The translations under genes were made by a program, and so were the position numbers. A DNA stretch of 64,000 nucleotides from NCBI GenBank assembly GCA_021159365.1, contig JAGGRY010000001.1, forward strand, positions 7,543 through 71,542. Direction: 5' to 3'. A model generated the notes under the pieces. That model did not search any database. It was not told the origin of the DNA and worked only from the letters and a program-made list of their open reading frames with translations. The stretch's first letter is position 1, and the number at the start of each line of letters is the position of its first letter. Source of the DNA: Nitrososphaerota archaeon (GTDB lineage: Archaea > Thermoproteota > Nitrososphaeria_A > Caldarchaeales > Wolframiiraptoraceae). This document shows, piece after piece, positions 49,129-60,138 of this stretch.

Positions 49129-50382
49129 TTAGATCTCGTAGCTCCTTCCTTTTTCGGGTAAAATCGCTTCATAGCCGGCTTTTCTCGCAAATTCCGCCAA
49201 ATCTTTACATGAATCCTCTTCGCCGTGGATTACAAAGATCTTGGCATCGGGGTTAAATCGCTTTAAATATTCTCTGAGCTCGCTTCTCCCGGAGTGGGCG
49301 CTGAAGAGGAATTGCTCAACTCTGGCCTTCACCTTGACGTCCACTCCACCGTGAATCAGCTTTCCTTCTTCTAAGAGCCTCGCTCCAGGGGTTCCCGGAA
49401 TCTGGAAGCTCACGAGAAATATAGCTGAATAAGGGTCTTCAGCAACTCTTTCGGCGTAGAATACCGCTGGACCGCCCTTAAGCATTCCAGCTGGGCTGAT
49501 AATTACTCCAGGTCTCTCCGCGGCTCGTTTCCTCTTCCTTCTATCAGTTATTCTGGTTATGTGTTTGGATGCTGAGTATAGGAGCTGATATCCATCTATG
49601 TATTTACGGTTTTCGAGAAATAGGTCTAAGACTCTGACGGCCATGCCGTCTAAGGCCATGAAGTCTCTGAAGTTGTATGCTTCTAGAACGCACATGATCT
49701 CTTGAGATCTTGAGACCGCGAAGGCCGGAACTAAGACTCTTCCACCGGTCTCGACGACCTCTTTAACGCTTGAGACAAATCTTCTCTCAAGTTCTCGTCT
49801 CTCAGGATGCTCTACGAGAGCATAGGTGGCCTCAGTGATCACCGCATCGACATCCTTCGGCCCGGGATTTAATCCCCTTAATAGTCTCGTCTTCTTTAGG
49901 GAGTAGTCTCCGGTGTATAGCACGCTCTTATCGGCGTTTATGAGGACTTGTAGGCTTCCAGGAATATGGCCTGCATTTAGAAACGTTATCTCGGCGTCCT
50001 TAACCCTGATAGTCTCTCCATATTCGACTCTAATCCCCCTTCTAAGGAGTTCCTCGACCTCAAGAACCTCATATGGGATATAATATCCACTGAGCTTTAG
50101 AAAATCTCTTAGGAGAATATCGCAGAGCTTAAAGGTCATGTCGGTGGCGTAGATCTTAGCATCTCCATTGAGCATGAAAAGTGGAGCGGCTCCACTATGA
50201 TCTAGATGTGCGTGAGAGATTATGACGGCATCTAAGTCCTTTGTCGCGACATGGGCTGGAAAGAGGGGCTCAGGTTCTGAGAGCTTTACACCATAGTCTA
50301 GGAGTATTCGCGCTTCCCTAGTCTCGACTAGAATCGCGGCTCTACCGACCTCGCCCATAGCTCCAAGGAATCTGAGCCTCAA
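49129..50382 (-). CDS. MBL-fold beta-CASP ribonuclease (aCPSF-like, no KH domains)
   Basis: SHAHLDHSG, AGHIPGS, YTGD, PAFAVSR, FSAHS, IHGE. Confidence 0.92.
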   Translation of the reverse strand: MRLRFLGAMGEVGRAAILVETREARILLDYGVKLSEPEPLFPAHVATKDLDAVIISHAHLDHSGAAPLFMLNGDAKIYATDMTFKLCDILLRDFLKLSGYYIPYEVLEVEELLRRGIRVEYGETIRVKDAEITFLNAGHIPGSLQVLINADKSVLYTGDYSLKKTRLLRGLNPGPKDVDAVITEATYALVEHPERRELERRFVSSVKEVVETGGRVLVPAFAVSRSQEIMCVLEAYNFRDFMALDGMAVRVLDLFLENRKYIDGYQLLYSASKHITRITDRRKRKRAAERPGVIISPAGMLKGGPAVFYAERVAEDPYSAIFLVSFQIPGTPGARLLEEGKLIHGGVDVKVKARVEQFLFSAHSGRSELREYLKRFNPDAKIFVIHGEEDSCKDLAEFARKAGYEAILPEKGRSYEI

Positions 50383-50459
50383 GTTGCATCACGCTCTACC
50401 AGACCTAATTCTTGAGTATCAGTTGACATGATAAAGATTATTCCCTTTAAGGCTCTATT

Positions 50460-50831
50460 TCACGTCTTCAATCGGATTCCGATGAGTCCTGCTAGGAATA
50501 TCAGGATTCCTATGAGAATTACTCCCATTCCGATCAGATATGGATATATGAGTTCTGGGTGATAGAGTATGAGGAAGCCAAAGATGATCATTAAAGCCCC
50601 CACTGAGCATAAAGCTATTTGACCAAAGCTTCTCGGCAAGCTTATAGTTGCTTGTGATGGCTTAACTCTCTTACCTCTAAGAATCGCCATTAAGAGGAAG
50701 CCGACTCCCATTCCAACGGCTCCGCCGACATCGGGTCTTCCGAAAAGGAGACCTATTCCTCCGCCGATGAACATGCATGCGACGAAGACGAGGCCTGAGA
50801 TATCCTTACCTTTTTTCTCCTCTTCGCTCAT
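50460..50831 (-). CDS. Small 4-TM membrane protein
   Basis: Gly-rich hydrophobic helices. Confidence 0.7.
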   Translation of the reverse strand: MSEEEKKGKDISGLVFVACMFIGGGIGLLFGRPDVGGAVGMGVGFLLMAILRGKRVKPSQATISLPRSFGQIALCSVGALMIIFGFLILYHPELIYPYLIGMGVILIGILIFLAGLIGIRLKT

Positions 50832-50876
50832 TTCGTTTCAATAAAGATTCTGATGACAGATATATCTTGTCTTTTG

Positions 50877-52418
50877 TCAATTCTGGTTTATTACATTTGA
50901 GTCTATTCCCAATTCATGAAGAGTTTCGAGAAGCTTTGAGGCCAGGTCTCTTAGATACTTCGATCTAGAACTTATTATGTGGATTCTCTCATAACCTCCG
51001 GCTTTAAGCTGTTCAATCATGAGCTTGACCAAGTTCTCGGACGTCTCCTCGATCAGGGTTCTCGGATAATTCGTCTGAGAAAATGGATAGGTATACCTGA
51101 GCGGATCCGGAATCAAGCCATAGGGACTTCCATAATAGGCGATCTCAAAATCTTCCTCTCCAATAATCCTCTTAAGCTTCTCGAAGCTCATCTTTCTATT
51201 GAAGGGTATTAGGACTAGATTCTTTTCATGGCCCGGTAACTTAAAGTATCTCTCCATCAATCTTCTTTTAGCCCTTCTAATTCTCGGTCTCTTCAAGCTA
51301 AGTCCATTGAAGAGGTTTATTCCCCTCCTACTTGATAGGGGTGTGTGATCCTCCATGAACTTCAATAATTCTTCATTTTCCATAATCCATCTAAATGCTT
51401 GGTAAAGCCTTGGATGACTTCTCGCCCTGATCTCAAGCAACTCCATCAACCTACCATCTCTAATCGCCTGCTTGATCTCGCGGATCTCCTTAAAACATGT
51501 ATAGAGGTTATGTGTGGCGATTAGTCGTATTCTTTCATTCCTCTCCATCTCTTTAAGCTCATCTGGAGCTATATTCGAACAGACTGGACAATTACATGGA
51601 AAATAATCAATTCGATCTATTCTAAGAGTTCCAGTTGAGGTGATGTATCTTTCATCTTTGGCGTAGAGATAATAGCTCGCTGAGTCGAACATATCCACTC
51701 CGAGGGCGACTATGAATGGGAAGATCATGGGATGACCTGCTCCGAATAGATGTAGTGGTCTTCCAAGACCGGTAACCTTTCTGACGGTGTAAATCATCTC
51801 AAACAGTTTCTCAAACCTATAGCCCTCCATTAAGGGTGTTGGGCTCCCAAGGGCGTAAAGATCGAAGTCCATCTCCTTCTCTATCTCGGCGCATCTTTGA
51901 AGTAGATCTAGGTGGATTCCGCCTTGAATTGGAGCCGCCCAGAGGGCTCTTCTAGCACCTCTCTCCTTCAAGACATTCAGGGTTATCTCAACATTCTTCA
52001 AGGTCTTTTCAACAGTCTCTTCGGCTTTCTCCTTTCCGCAGATCCCAGTAGGTATGTCGAGCGGAACGGCGATATCGGTTCTGATTTCCTCCTCGAATAA
52101 AGCGATCTCTTCAGGCGTCGCCTCGACATCTCCATATTCTAGGACCTGATATCCGCCGCTATCCGTCATTATGATTCCATCGAAATCCAGTATTCTATGG
52201 ACTCCCTCTTCCAGCGCCTTCTCTCTAAGCCTCTTGAATATTATGTATGCGTTGGTTATCACGGCTTCAGCCCTTAAGTTTTCTTTCATCCATTTGGCCG
52301 AAATAGACTGAGTTATGGGGTTTATTACTGGGAGAAATAGCGGAGTTTCAGCCTGCTTATTCCTGATTTTAAGCCTTCCAATTCTGCCGAGCAGATCTTC
52401 GGCTAAGACCTCGAACAT
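50877..52418 (-). CDS. tgtA: Archaeosine tRNA-guanine(15) transglycosylase
   Basis: ETPLFLPVINP, MTDSGGYQ, HLFGAGHP, DMFDSASY, CNCPVC...HNL. Confidence 0.93.
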   Translation of the reverse strand: MFEVLAEDLLGRIGRLKIRNKQAETPLFLPVINPITQSISAKWMKENLRAEAVITNAYIIFKRLREKALEEGVHRILDFDGIIMTDSGGYQVLEYGDVEATPEEIALFEEEIRTDIAVPLDIPTGICGKEKAEETVEKTLKNVEITLNVLKERGARRALWAAPIQGGIHLDLLQRCAEIEKEMDFDLYALGSPTPLMEGYRFEKLFEMIYTVRKVTGLGRPLHLFGAGHPMIFPFIVALGVDMFDSASYYLYAKDERYITSTGTLRIDRIDYFPCNCPVCSNIAPDELKEMERNERIRLIATHNLYTCFKEIREIKQAIRDGRLMELLEIRARSHPRLYQAFRWIMENEELLKFMEDHTPLSSRRGINLFNGLSLKRPRIRRAKRRLMERYFKLPGHEKNLVLIPFNRKMSFEKLKRIIGEEDFEIAYYGSPYGLIPDPLRYTYPFSQTNYPRTLIEETSENLVKLMIEQLKAGGYERIHIISSRSKYLRDLASKLLETLHELGIDSNVINQN

Positions 52419-52514
52419 GCCTCAATCAACCCCTTAGAAAAGCATTTAACAAATCTTCCCGAAAAGCGAGTTAAGACTAATTAGGTTGATGGATTTGGAT
52501 GGCTTAGGAGCGAG

Positions 52515-53213
52515 TTGATGGAGACTGAAATAGTATTCGAACCAGGCTTGAAGGATTTCAAAGCTCCAGGATCCACTCTAATCGAGGGGCTTCCAGGAGT
52601 GGGCTTAGTGGCTAAAGGGGCTGTCGCCTATCTACTTGAGAGACTCGGCGGGAGAAGGATCTGCAGATTCTATTCACCATATTTCCCAACAGCCGGATAT
52701 ATTAGAGATGGTAGGCTTATTCCAAGCTTCGCGGACCTATACTTCGTCGAGAAGCCCAAGCCCCTGCTGCTCCTATATGGAAACTCTCAGCCCTCATCCT
52801 ACTACGGGCAGCATGAATTCTGCGATAAAATTCTTAAAGTGAGCCTAGGGATTGGAGTGAACTTCATTTTAACTCTCGGGGGATACGGTAGAGAGGATGT
52901 ATCTGAAAAGAGGAGGATTTACATATCTTCGACGAGACGTGAAATCATTAAGTCGGCGCTAGAGCGGATTGATGCAGAGGTTTATGATGGACAGATAATA
53001 GGCGCCGCTGGGCTCTTGATAACCCTTGCAGGGGACTTGGGAATAGATAATCTCTCGGTATTGGTTGAGGCCGGTGGAACCACGCCTGACTTCTACTCGG
53101 TTCGCAGGGCATTAGAGTCTGTCAATAAGCTCCTAGACTTGGGATTAGAGATCGGGGACATATACGCGATCTCAAAAACCTATGTAAACGCGGTTCAACG
53201 CTTTGAGTCATAA
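52515..53213 (+). CDS. PAC2 family proteasome assembly chaperone
   Basis: EGLPGVGLVAK, TLGGY, IIGAAGLL. Confidence 0.85.
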   Translation: MMETEIVFEPGLKDFKAPGSTLIEGLPGVGLVAKGAVAYLLERLGGRRICRFYSPYFPTAGYIRDGRLIPSFADLYFVEKPKPLLLLYGNSQPSSYYGQHEFCDKILKVSLGIGVNFILTLGGYGREDVSEKRRIYISSTRREIIKSALERIDAEVYDGQIIGAAGLLITLAGDLGIDNLSVLVEAGGTTPDFYSVRRALESVNKLLDLGLEIGDIYAISKTYVNAVQRFES

Positions 53214-53231
53214 TTTGAAGAGGTGTAAAGG

Positions 53232-53924
53232 ATGAGTAAGACCTCGGCGAGGTCGCGTGGAATATATCTTGAGACCTTCTTTGGAACGGCTGAGATAGGC
53301 TTATTCGCGGTTCCAACCGAGAATATATGTTTAATCCCTCCGAGGCTTAAACTTAGGCAGAAGAGGCTCATACAAGAGGTTCTCGGAGTGAAGGCGATCT
53401 CAACAACTCTTGCTGGTTCAATACTTTTATCACCTATGGCCGCAGGGAACAGTAACGGTTTGATCTTATCAAAGATGGTTTTAGATGAGGAAATAGAGAA
53501 GATAAAGAAGTCTGCAGGTGATATCAACATAGGGCTTTTGGAGAGCAAGTATACGGCGGTTGGAAATCTTATCTTGGTGAATGATAAGGCAGCTCTCATA
53601 AGCACCATTCTCCCGAAAAAGGCTGAGAAGCTGATTCAAGATATCCTCGGAGTTGAGGTGATTAGAGGTAGGATAGCGAATAGAAGCTATGTCGGATCAT
53701 TGGCGATAGTAACGAATGAGGGTGGACTTGTATACGCTGGAGTATCGGAGGATGAGGAGAAATGGCTGAGCGAGATCTTCAAAGTAACCTTTCTCCCAGG
53801 AACTGTTAACGATGGAGTGAAGTTCGTTAGAAGTGGAATCATAGCGAATAGCAAGGGCGCGATTATAGGATCCGTTACGACAGGGCCGGAGATGATGACC
53901 ATATCGAGAGCGCTTGGAGTCTAG
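53232..53924 (+). CDS. eif6: Translation initiation factor 6
   Basis: [31 protein letters not shown]. Confidence 0.93.
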   Translation: MSKTSARSRGIYLETFFGTAEIGLFAVPTENICLIPPRLKLRQKRLIQEVLGVKAISTTLAGSILLSPMAAGNSNGLILSKMVLDEEIEKIKKSAGDINIGLLESKYTAVGNLILVNDKAALISTILPKKAEKLIQDILGVEVIRGRIANRSYVGSLAIVTNEGGLVYAGVSEDEEKWLSEIFKVTFLPGTVNDGVKFVRSGIIANSKGAIIGSVTTGPEMMTISRALGV

Positions 53925-54226
53925 AGATATAATTGGATGTGTGGGATTCCTCCAACCTTTATGACTGCTTTCTCAACTATGAAGCCTTTTCTCACAGCGT
54001 ATGAAATAGCCTTTTCGCCGAGCATATTCACGATCGTCGCCTGCTTAAGATATTTATCGAGATCATCTCTCGCTATCAGGACTCCCCCATAGAAGGATTG
54101 GCTGACCTCAATCGAGAACTGCTCATTTAGCTTAAGTCTCTTGCCTAACAGCTCCTCGTCGCATACGGCGAGAATGGTCTCGCCAGTCTTTGAGTGATGT
54201 AACTTGATCCAGAAGCGGTCGGTCAT
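53921..54226 (-). CDS. DUF424 family protein
   Basis: [25 protein letters not shown]. Confidence 0.9.
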   Translation of the reverse strand: MTDRFWIKLHHSKTGETILAVCDEELLGKRLKLNEQFSIEVSQSFYGGVLIARDDLDKYLKQATIVNMLGEKAISYAVRKGFIVEKAVIKVGGIPHIQLYL

Positions 54227-54351
54227 CTCCTAATCCCCGCTCAGCGCCCCTCGATAATCATTGAATGAACTCGGATATAAGTGGATTTTTCGAAAATGGT
54301 CAAGTCCCGTGGTTATTAATCTAAATATGTTAATGATACAGTGATATTGGG

Positions 54352-55056
54352 ATGAAGGAGGCGCTCATGAATAAGATCGCCGGAGAGATAATCTTATCCC
54401 TAAGCCCGGGAACCGTGATGAGAAAGTGGAGAACCTTATTCAACCTTACTCAAAGCGAGGTAGCGAGACTGATGGGAATCTCATCCTCAGTTCTAAGCGA
54501 TTACGAGAATAATAGGAGGAAATCCCCTGGAACGAATTTCGTCAGGAGATTTGTAAGGGCCTTGATCGAGGCGGATATGAGGAGAGGTGGAGCGAATGTC
54601 AGGAGATATTCACTGCTCCATAGAGACCTGAGTTCAGCGGTCATAGATATGGCCGAGTTCGACTCCCCAAGAAGTGTTGGGGAGATGATAAGGCTGCTCG
54701 ATGCAGAGATCTTGGTGGGGGAGAAGTGGGTGAATTCCCCGCTTTATGGATACACTGTGATAGATAGCTTGAAGGCGATAAGATCCCTGGAAGCTCTTGA
54801 CTTCCTATACCTCTTCGGAAGAAACCCTATGAGAGCCATGATATTCACGGGAGTGAGCAGGGGGAGATCCCCGATGGTCGCCGCAAGACTATATCCAGTG
54901 AAACCTAAGATGATAGTGATTCATGGGCCAATAGATAAGGATCATGTAGATTCGCTCGCAATCGAGCTTGCGAGACTTGAAGATATATGCTTTGCTTTAA
55001 GCAGAGTTGGAAGCGTTGATGAATTGGTTGAGAGGCTTAGAGGGCTTCAGGAATGA
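54352..55056 (+). CDS. XRE-type HTH transcriptional regulator (COG1709-like)
   Basis: IAGEIILS, RKWR..F..TQ, SVLSDYE..RRKSPG, TGVSRGRSPMVA. Confidence 0.88.
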   Translation: MKEALMNKIAGEIILSLSPGTVMRKWRTLFNLTQSEVARLMGISSSVLSDYENNRRKSPGTNFVRRFVRALIEADMRRGGANVRRYSLLHRDLSSAVIDMAEFDSPRSVGEMIRLLDAEILVGEKWVNSPLYGYTVIDSLKAIRSLEALDFLYLFGRNPMRAMIFTGVSRGRSPMVAARLYPVKPKMIVIHGPIDKDHVDSLAIELARLEDICFALSRVGSVDELVERLRGLQE

Positions 55057-55088
55057 TCCCTTAATACAAGTCCAAACAATCTTTATCC

Positions 55089-56015
55089 ATGAACCCTGTC
55101 AAAGACATCAAAATATGGCCTGGAATGAAAGTCTCAGAACTATTAGCTCAATTCGAAGAGTCCGGAGGATTCGGAGCAAGATACCTCGGAATTGCTTTAA
55201 AGATTTTCCTAGAGATGCTGAGGGATGAAGAATGCTTTAGATTTTTATCGTTTGTAGCCGCGCCGATCGCGACTGGATTCAGGGGAGTTGTGGCCGAGGC
55301 GATTAAGCGGAAGATGTTTCACGCGATCATAACGACATGTGGAGCGCTTGATCATGATATAGCGAGATCCCTCAGCGAATACTATAATGGAGACTTCAGG
55401 CTCGACGACGCAAAGCTCAGAAGAGATGGATATCATAGGCTTGGAAGTGTGGTCATTCCACTCGAATCATATGGGCCGACGATCGAGAAGTTTGTCCAAG
55501 AATGTTTAGAGGAAGCTTATTCAAGCGGTGTTAGAGAAGTTGGAAGCTACGAAATCTCAAGGATGTTAGGCGAGAAGCTTGAAGATGAGAACAGCATACT
55601 CTACTTGGCCGCGAGAAATGGAGTGGAGATATTCGTTCCAGGAATCATGGATGGAGCCGTTGGAACTCAGCTCTGGCTATTCCAGCAGAAGAAGAGAGAC
55701 TTCAGATTAAATCTATTCAAGGATTCCGAGAGATTATCTGAGATCGTGTTCAAGGCCAAGAGGACTGGAGCCATTATGATCGGTGGAGGAATATCAAAAC
55801 ATCACACTCTTTGGTGGAATCAATTTAAAGATGGATTGGATTACGCGATCTACATCACAACGGCATGCGAATACGATGGAAGTTTAAGCGGGGCGTTGGT
55901 CAGTGAAGCTGTTTCATGGGGTAAGGTCAAGCTTGAGGCGAGGAAGGTGACTGTTCACGGCGATGCGACAATAATATTTCCGATCCTGTTAGCCTCGATT
56001 CTCGACAAACTCTAG
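55089..56015 (+). CDS. dys: Deoxyhypusine synthase
   Basis: GGGISKHH, DGSLSGA, EAVSWGK (catalytic Lys), DATI. Confidence 0.95.
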   Translation: MNPVKDIKIWPGMKVSELLAQFEESGGFGARYLGIALKIFLEMLRDEECFRFLSFVAAPIATGFRGVVAEAIKRKMFHAIITTCGALDHDIARSLSEYYNGDFRLDDAKLRRDGYHRLGSVVIPLESYGPTIEKFVQECLEEAYSSGVREVGSYEISRMLGEKLEDENSILYLAARNGVEIFVPGIMDGAVGTQLWLFQQKKRDFRLNLFKDSERLSEIVFKAKRTGAIMIGGGISKHHTLWWNQFKDGLDYAIYITTACEYDGSLSGALVSEAVSWGKVKLEARKVTVHGDATIIFPILLASILDKL

Positions 56016-56022
56016 GCTATCT

Positions 56023-56463
56023 TCACCTATTCACTACTTTCTGCTCCTTGATGAACTGTAGATGGAGGATCCCATTGACGTAGGATCTCTTCAAGATCTT
56101 GACCGGATACGGCAGCTTAACAGTCTTCTTAAATCCCTTTCCACCTCTTATCAAGAGCTTCCTACCTAAGATCTTAACGGAGACCTCTTCTTCCGGACCC
56201 GGGACTTGAGCTGTGAGGATGAGTAGATCTCCATTCTCAACCAATTCAAGCGGATATTCGATCTTTGGTCTGTAGGTTTTTAACGCCTTCCTGACCTCCT
56301 TAAACCAGTAAAGTCCGAGTAAGGCTATGATGCCTATTAAGATTAATCCTAGAATCCCTCTTCCAAGTCTTAACATCAGGGAGAAGAGTATGAGCAATAG
56401 TAGGGTTGCAAGTATTCCTAGGATAAGCTTCGAGACTTCCTCGACGTGACCCTCTCCCTTCAC
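56023..56463 (-). CDS. Membrane-anchored Hsp20/alpha-crystallin-like protein
   Basis: Two N-terminal TMs; AQVPGPEE...KLP...YVNGILH. Confidence 0.7.
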   Translation of the reverse strand: MKGEGHVEEVSKLILGILATLLLLILFSLMLRLGRGILGLILIGIIALLGLYWFKEVRKALKTYRPKIEYPLELVENGDLLILTAQVPGPEEEVSVKILGRKLLIRGGKGFKKTVKLPYPVKILKRSYVNGILHLQFIKEQKVVNR

Positions 56464-56503
56464 TCTTCCCCAATAGTCTCGGTTCTCAGGGATCTTTTAA
56501 GAA

Positions 56504-59275
56504 TTAACCGCTTGAGATCCTGATATAATGTAATTCTACGACCCCCTTCTCCGAGAATATGGAGCCGACGTTAACCGTGTTATTAAGTCTCCAGACCAGC
56601 ACCCTATCCAACCCTTTTCCAACAACCCATGAGCTTATGAACCTGCTTAACCCCTCTCTGAGAAGCTCAGGAGACCTATAAGTTATGTTTCCCTCCATGA
56701 AGATTAGATTTGCGTTTATCTTCTCTGGATATACGATTCTGAGCTTAAAGTCCTTCAAGATGTTTATGGTGAGGTTATAGAGATCGACTCTAGCGATTGT
56801 GGGCGCACCTCCAGTCAAGCTCTTCAAAAACGAGTTGAAGGATTCCTCAGGAGTGGATCCTAAGCCTATGAAGTATTTTCCCGTAAATTCGGCGCCGACC
56901 GTGGCTATAGTTCCAAGTTGGGCGACCACGCCTCCAGCAGGCGATGTATAGACTGGAATCACGTAGACGAGATAATCTCCTATTTGATAGAGGATGGTCT
57001 CACCTATTCTAGGATTCTCCAAGAGAGTTCTGAGCTTTCTAAATTCCGCGAATCTCTCCAAAGCCTCCCTGGCGGCAGAGGGGCCTAGAAGTTTTACCTC
57101 TGATCCTATTGGAACCTTATAGAAGATTTTTTCTCCAAGATTTGGGTAATCGTTCCTGACGATCATGAATCCAGCTAGATTTCTTCCAGGAGAACCTCTT
57201 AATTGAAGTGATAGGAGTCCGATGAACTCCGGTCTCTCAAATTTTGGAGGCTGAGCAATTATGTAATATACATGGACTCCTTTAGGTATCTCATAGAATT
57301 CTCTCGCTTGAATATAGGTTGCCGGATCTTCAATGTGATATATGTTGAACATCTCGACTTGATATTCGAAGACTTCTTCGGGGAACCTCATCTGATATTT
57401 GAGCCAGTCTGGAAATTCCTTGATTAACAGGTCTGGATAGGCATTCTTTATGAGCTTGCTGACGAAGTCATTTCCGGTTATCAATAACTTTATCTCTCCA
57501 TCATAAACATCTATCAAGGAATAGCCTATGAATCGGATGAGTTCATGACCCTTACTCCATGGAACCTTACTTGCATCGAGTCTGATTATCAGCGGCATGA
57601 GCCAATAAGTCCTATTCCCATCAGTTACCGGGAACATGTCAACATATCTTCCTCTCCAGATGTAGGTGAAGTAGGGGAGGATTAACTCCAATCTATCATA
57701 TACGTCTCGATATCTGATGATTCTAACTTGTTTATCGGGATATGAGAGAAAGAAGGTGACATCGAAGAACCAAGTCATCGGAGGCGAGACAACTATTCCC
57801 CCGTTTCCATGATAGCCGACTCCAGTCACCTCGTCGCTCTTCTCTTTTCCTAAGATTATCGCAGCCCACGTGGTGTCAAATAATCCTCCTTCACCGTAAT
57901 AGATCCTCCTCTGTTTGAAGAATATCGATGGATTTATTATTGTTCCATTGTTTGCGTCAAGTAGTAGGAACCCGCTGGGAACGTGAGTGTATACGAGGTG
58001 CTCGTTATACCAGATATCGGCTGGAGGAATCCCGCTTGGCAGGACTGGTTTCATTGATGCGCTCCAGTAAAGTCTGTTCCTAAATCGCAGAATGTCTGAG
58101 TCTTCGAAGTCTATATATGGTATCAAGCCTATCTCCGGCTTAAGCTTCGTGAAGGCTGCATCCCAATCCCAAAGTCTGACTGTTTGAAGATCCCTGTAAA
58201 TCCTTGAGAGCTGGGATGAGTTCAATGTGCCGGTTTTCGCGGTAAAATTATAGATAAATGTTTTGATATCGTCTATATCTGCGAGATATCTGTTCACGGC
58301 GATCTCTTGTTTAACGTATGGGCCAAGCCACTCAACTTTCCTTGCGTCCGCTATGCTGTTTTGGATGGATGCTACCGCGAATATTGTTAATAGTATTAGG
58401 ATTATTGCTCCGGCCTTAATCGTATATGCGTAGATGAATCCAGTTTTAGTCTTATCGAGATATACGAATAGGATCATTATCGCGGAGATGATGAATGCCC
58501 CGATTACGAAGATCCTAGTGTTATAGTCTATATAGTTTGGGAAGAATAGGTTAAACCCGGTCCAAGCAACTCCTATCGCTATTAAGGCCTCGATGGTCTC
58601 TATCGGGATCCTGAGGAACCCCGTCCTCAAATAATTCACGATCGATTCTGAGGTCGCCTTAATGAGAATAGTTAAGCCCACTAAGAGTATCAGTCTGAGT
58701 CCGAATGCCGAGAGGAGCGGTGGAAATAATATTGTTAGGGCTGGAATCGAGGATATCACGATCGTCGCCGGAGTCACATCATTAATGCTTATTGGAAGAA
58801 ATGATAGGCTCATCACCCTTGGTATATTAGTTAATCCGAGATCGACTCCACTTAAGGCGGCGATAACGCCCATTCCGAAGATACTGTTTGAGAGTAGTAT
58901 GGCTCCGATCAAGGTTTTCGTGGCCTGCCATGCTAAAAACTTGCCAAGGCTCATCTGATATGCTGAGTAGTCGAGATCCCTCAGCTCGATGTATCCAGCT
59001 CTGCGATAAAATTTTACGAATAACTTGAGAAACCAAAAGGTCAACGAGTTCCTCTTCTTAAAATTGAATCTGAAAAATGCTATGAAGGAGAGTATGAATC
59101 CGCCGATCAGCGAGAAATAGAATGGTCTTATGAATAAGTCTCCGAACTCCCAGAGATTTAGAGTGAACCAGACGCTTTGAGATATAGAGACTATAATCAT
59201 GATTATAGCTAAGATCGCTATGAAAACGTATAGAATGGGTCTCCTCGAATTTCTGCGCCGCAACTCGGACACCAA
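56504..59275 (-). CDS. UPF0182 family membrane protein
   Basis: Multi-TM N-half; VRLWD, WYNEHLVYTH, RIYYGE, Q..MF..YH..DP. Confidence 0.85.
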   Translation of the reverse strand: MVSELRRRNSRRPILYVFIAILAIIMIIVSISQSVWFTLNLWEFGDLFIRPFYFSLIGGFILSFIAFFRFNFKKRNSLTFWFLKLFVKFYRRAGYIELRDLDYSAYQMSLGKFLAWQATKTLIGAILLSNSIFGMGVIAALSGVDLGLTNIPRVMSLSFLPISINDVTPATIVISSIPALTILFPPLLSAFGLRLILLVGLTILIKATSESIVNYLRTGFLRIPIETIEALIAIGVAWTGFNLFFPNYIDYNTRIFVIGAFIISAIMILFVYLDKTKTGFIYAYTIKAGAIILILLTIFAVASIQNSIADARKVEWLGPYVKQEIAVNRYLADIDDIKTFIYNFTAKTGTLNSSQLSRIYRDLQTVRLWDWDAAFTKLKPEIGLIPYIDFEDSDILRFRNRLYWSASMKPVLPSGIPPADIWYNEHLVYTHVPSGFLLLDANNGTIINPSIFFKQRRIYYGEGGLFDTTWAAIILGKEKSDEVTGVGYHGNGGIVVSPPMTWFFDVTFFLSYPDKQVRIIRYRDVYDRLELILPYFTYIWRGRYVDMFPVTDGNRTYWLMPLIIRLDASKVPWSKGHELIRFIGYSLIDVYDGEIKLLITGNDFVSKLIKNAYPDLLIKEFPDWLKYQMRFPEEVFEYQVEMFNIYHIEDPATYIQAREFYEIPKGVHVYYIIAQPPKFERPEFIGLLSLQLRGSPGRNLAGFMIVRNDYPNLGEKIFYKVPIGSEVKLLGPSAAREALERFAEFRKLRTLLENPRIGETILYQIGDYLVYVIPVYTSPAGGVVAQLGTIATVGAEFTGKYFIGLGSTPEESFNSFLKSLTGGAPTIARVDLYNLTINILKDFKLRIVYPEKINANLIFMEGNITYRSPELLREGLSRFISSWVVGKGLDRVLVWRLNNTVNVGSIFSEKGVVELHYIRISSG

Positions 59276-59288
59276 CCCTTACATCTAT

Positions 59289-60059
59289 CTACCCCTTAAA
59301 CGGTTTAGCATCCTTCCAGAGATAATCGAAGTATATTTTAGCTATTCTAGCGAGGGCTACGTGATCTGACCAAATCGCGATGCTGGGAGCTTCACTCTCT
59401 TCAGTTCCCAGAATTATTATTGCCTCCTTTGAGTCCGAGATCGCTCCTCCGCCGAACATTTGATCTCTAAATCTGATCTCCGCTACTCCTTCGAGTTTTT
59501 TAGCGAGATTCAGGTCGCATGAGCTCGATAACATGACCTTAATTTTACCACCTTTATTAGCTATCAAAGCTAATGAAGGGAAGATAAGGTTCAGGAGGTC
59601 TTCATTCATCCATGGAGCGGCTATCTGCAATTCGCTTTCACATCCAAGTATGAGATCTCTTATCTTTGAAAGTATGTTCGTCTCACCTTTAAGAATCCAT
59701 ATGTCCTTTTTCTCTTTCCCTCCAGTCCGCTGATAAATTGGTAACAGTTCGGCTAATGCCATCTCCTCATACCGTTTAAGCTCACTCTCAATCCTCATCC
59801 TATTGATGTCTAAGGCGATCTTTGGCGGTCTGGCATGGAACTTCGCCGGTCTTCCGCCCTCACTTCTAATCCATCCTTTCTTCTCCAAGTTTTCTAGAAC
59901 ATCATAAATCTTTGAGTATGGGACTCCAGCAACCTCGCTCAATTCGCTTGCCGTGAGCTTTCCAGCTTTAAGTAGAGAGATGTAAGCCCTCATCTCATAA
60001 TCTGTTAAGCCGAGGTTATGGAGAGCTCTTCTAAGTTTTTCTTCAACATTGATCGTCAT
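59289..60059 (-). CDS. TrmB family transcriptional regulator
   Basis: LGLTDYEMRAY, GVPYSKIYDVL..LEKKG; C-terminal effector domain. Confidence 0.92.
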   Translation of the reverse strand: MTINVEEKLRRALHNLGLTDYEMRAYISLLKAGKLTASELSEVAGVPYSKIYDVLENLEKKGWIRSEGGRPAKFHARPPKIALDINRMRIESELKRYEEMALAELLPIYQRTGGKEKKDIWILKGETNILSKIRDLILGCESELQIAAPWMNEDLLNLIFPSLALIANKGGKIKVMLSSSCDLNLAKKLEGVAEIRFRDQMFGGGAISDSKEAIIILGTEESEAPSIAIWSDHVALARIAKIYFDYLWKDAKPFKG

Positions 60060-60138
60060 TACGTTTAAGAGTATATACTACTGCTATATCAAATTATGTT
60101 TTAGCTTGAGCCTCAAAAAAGGTGGAGTTTATGAAGGT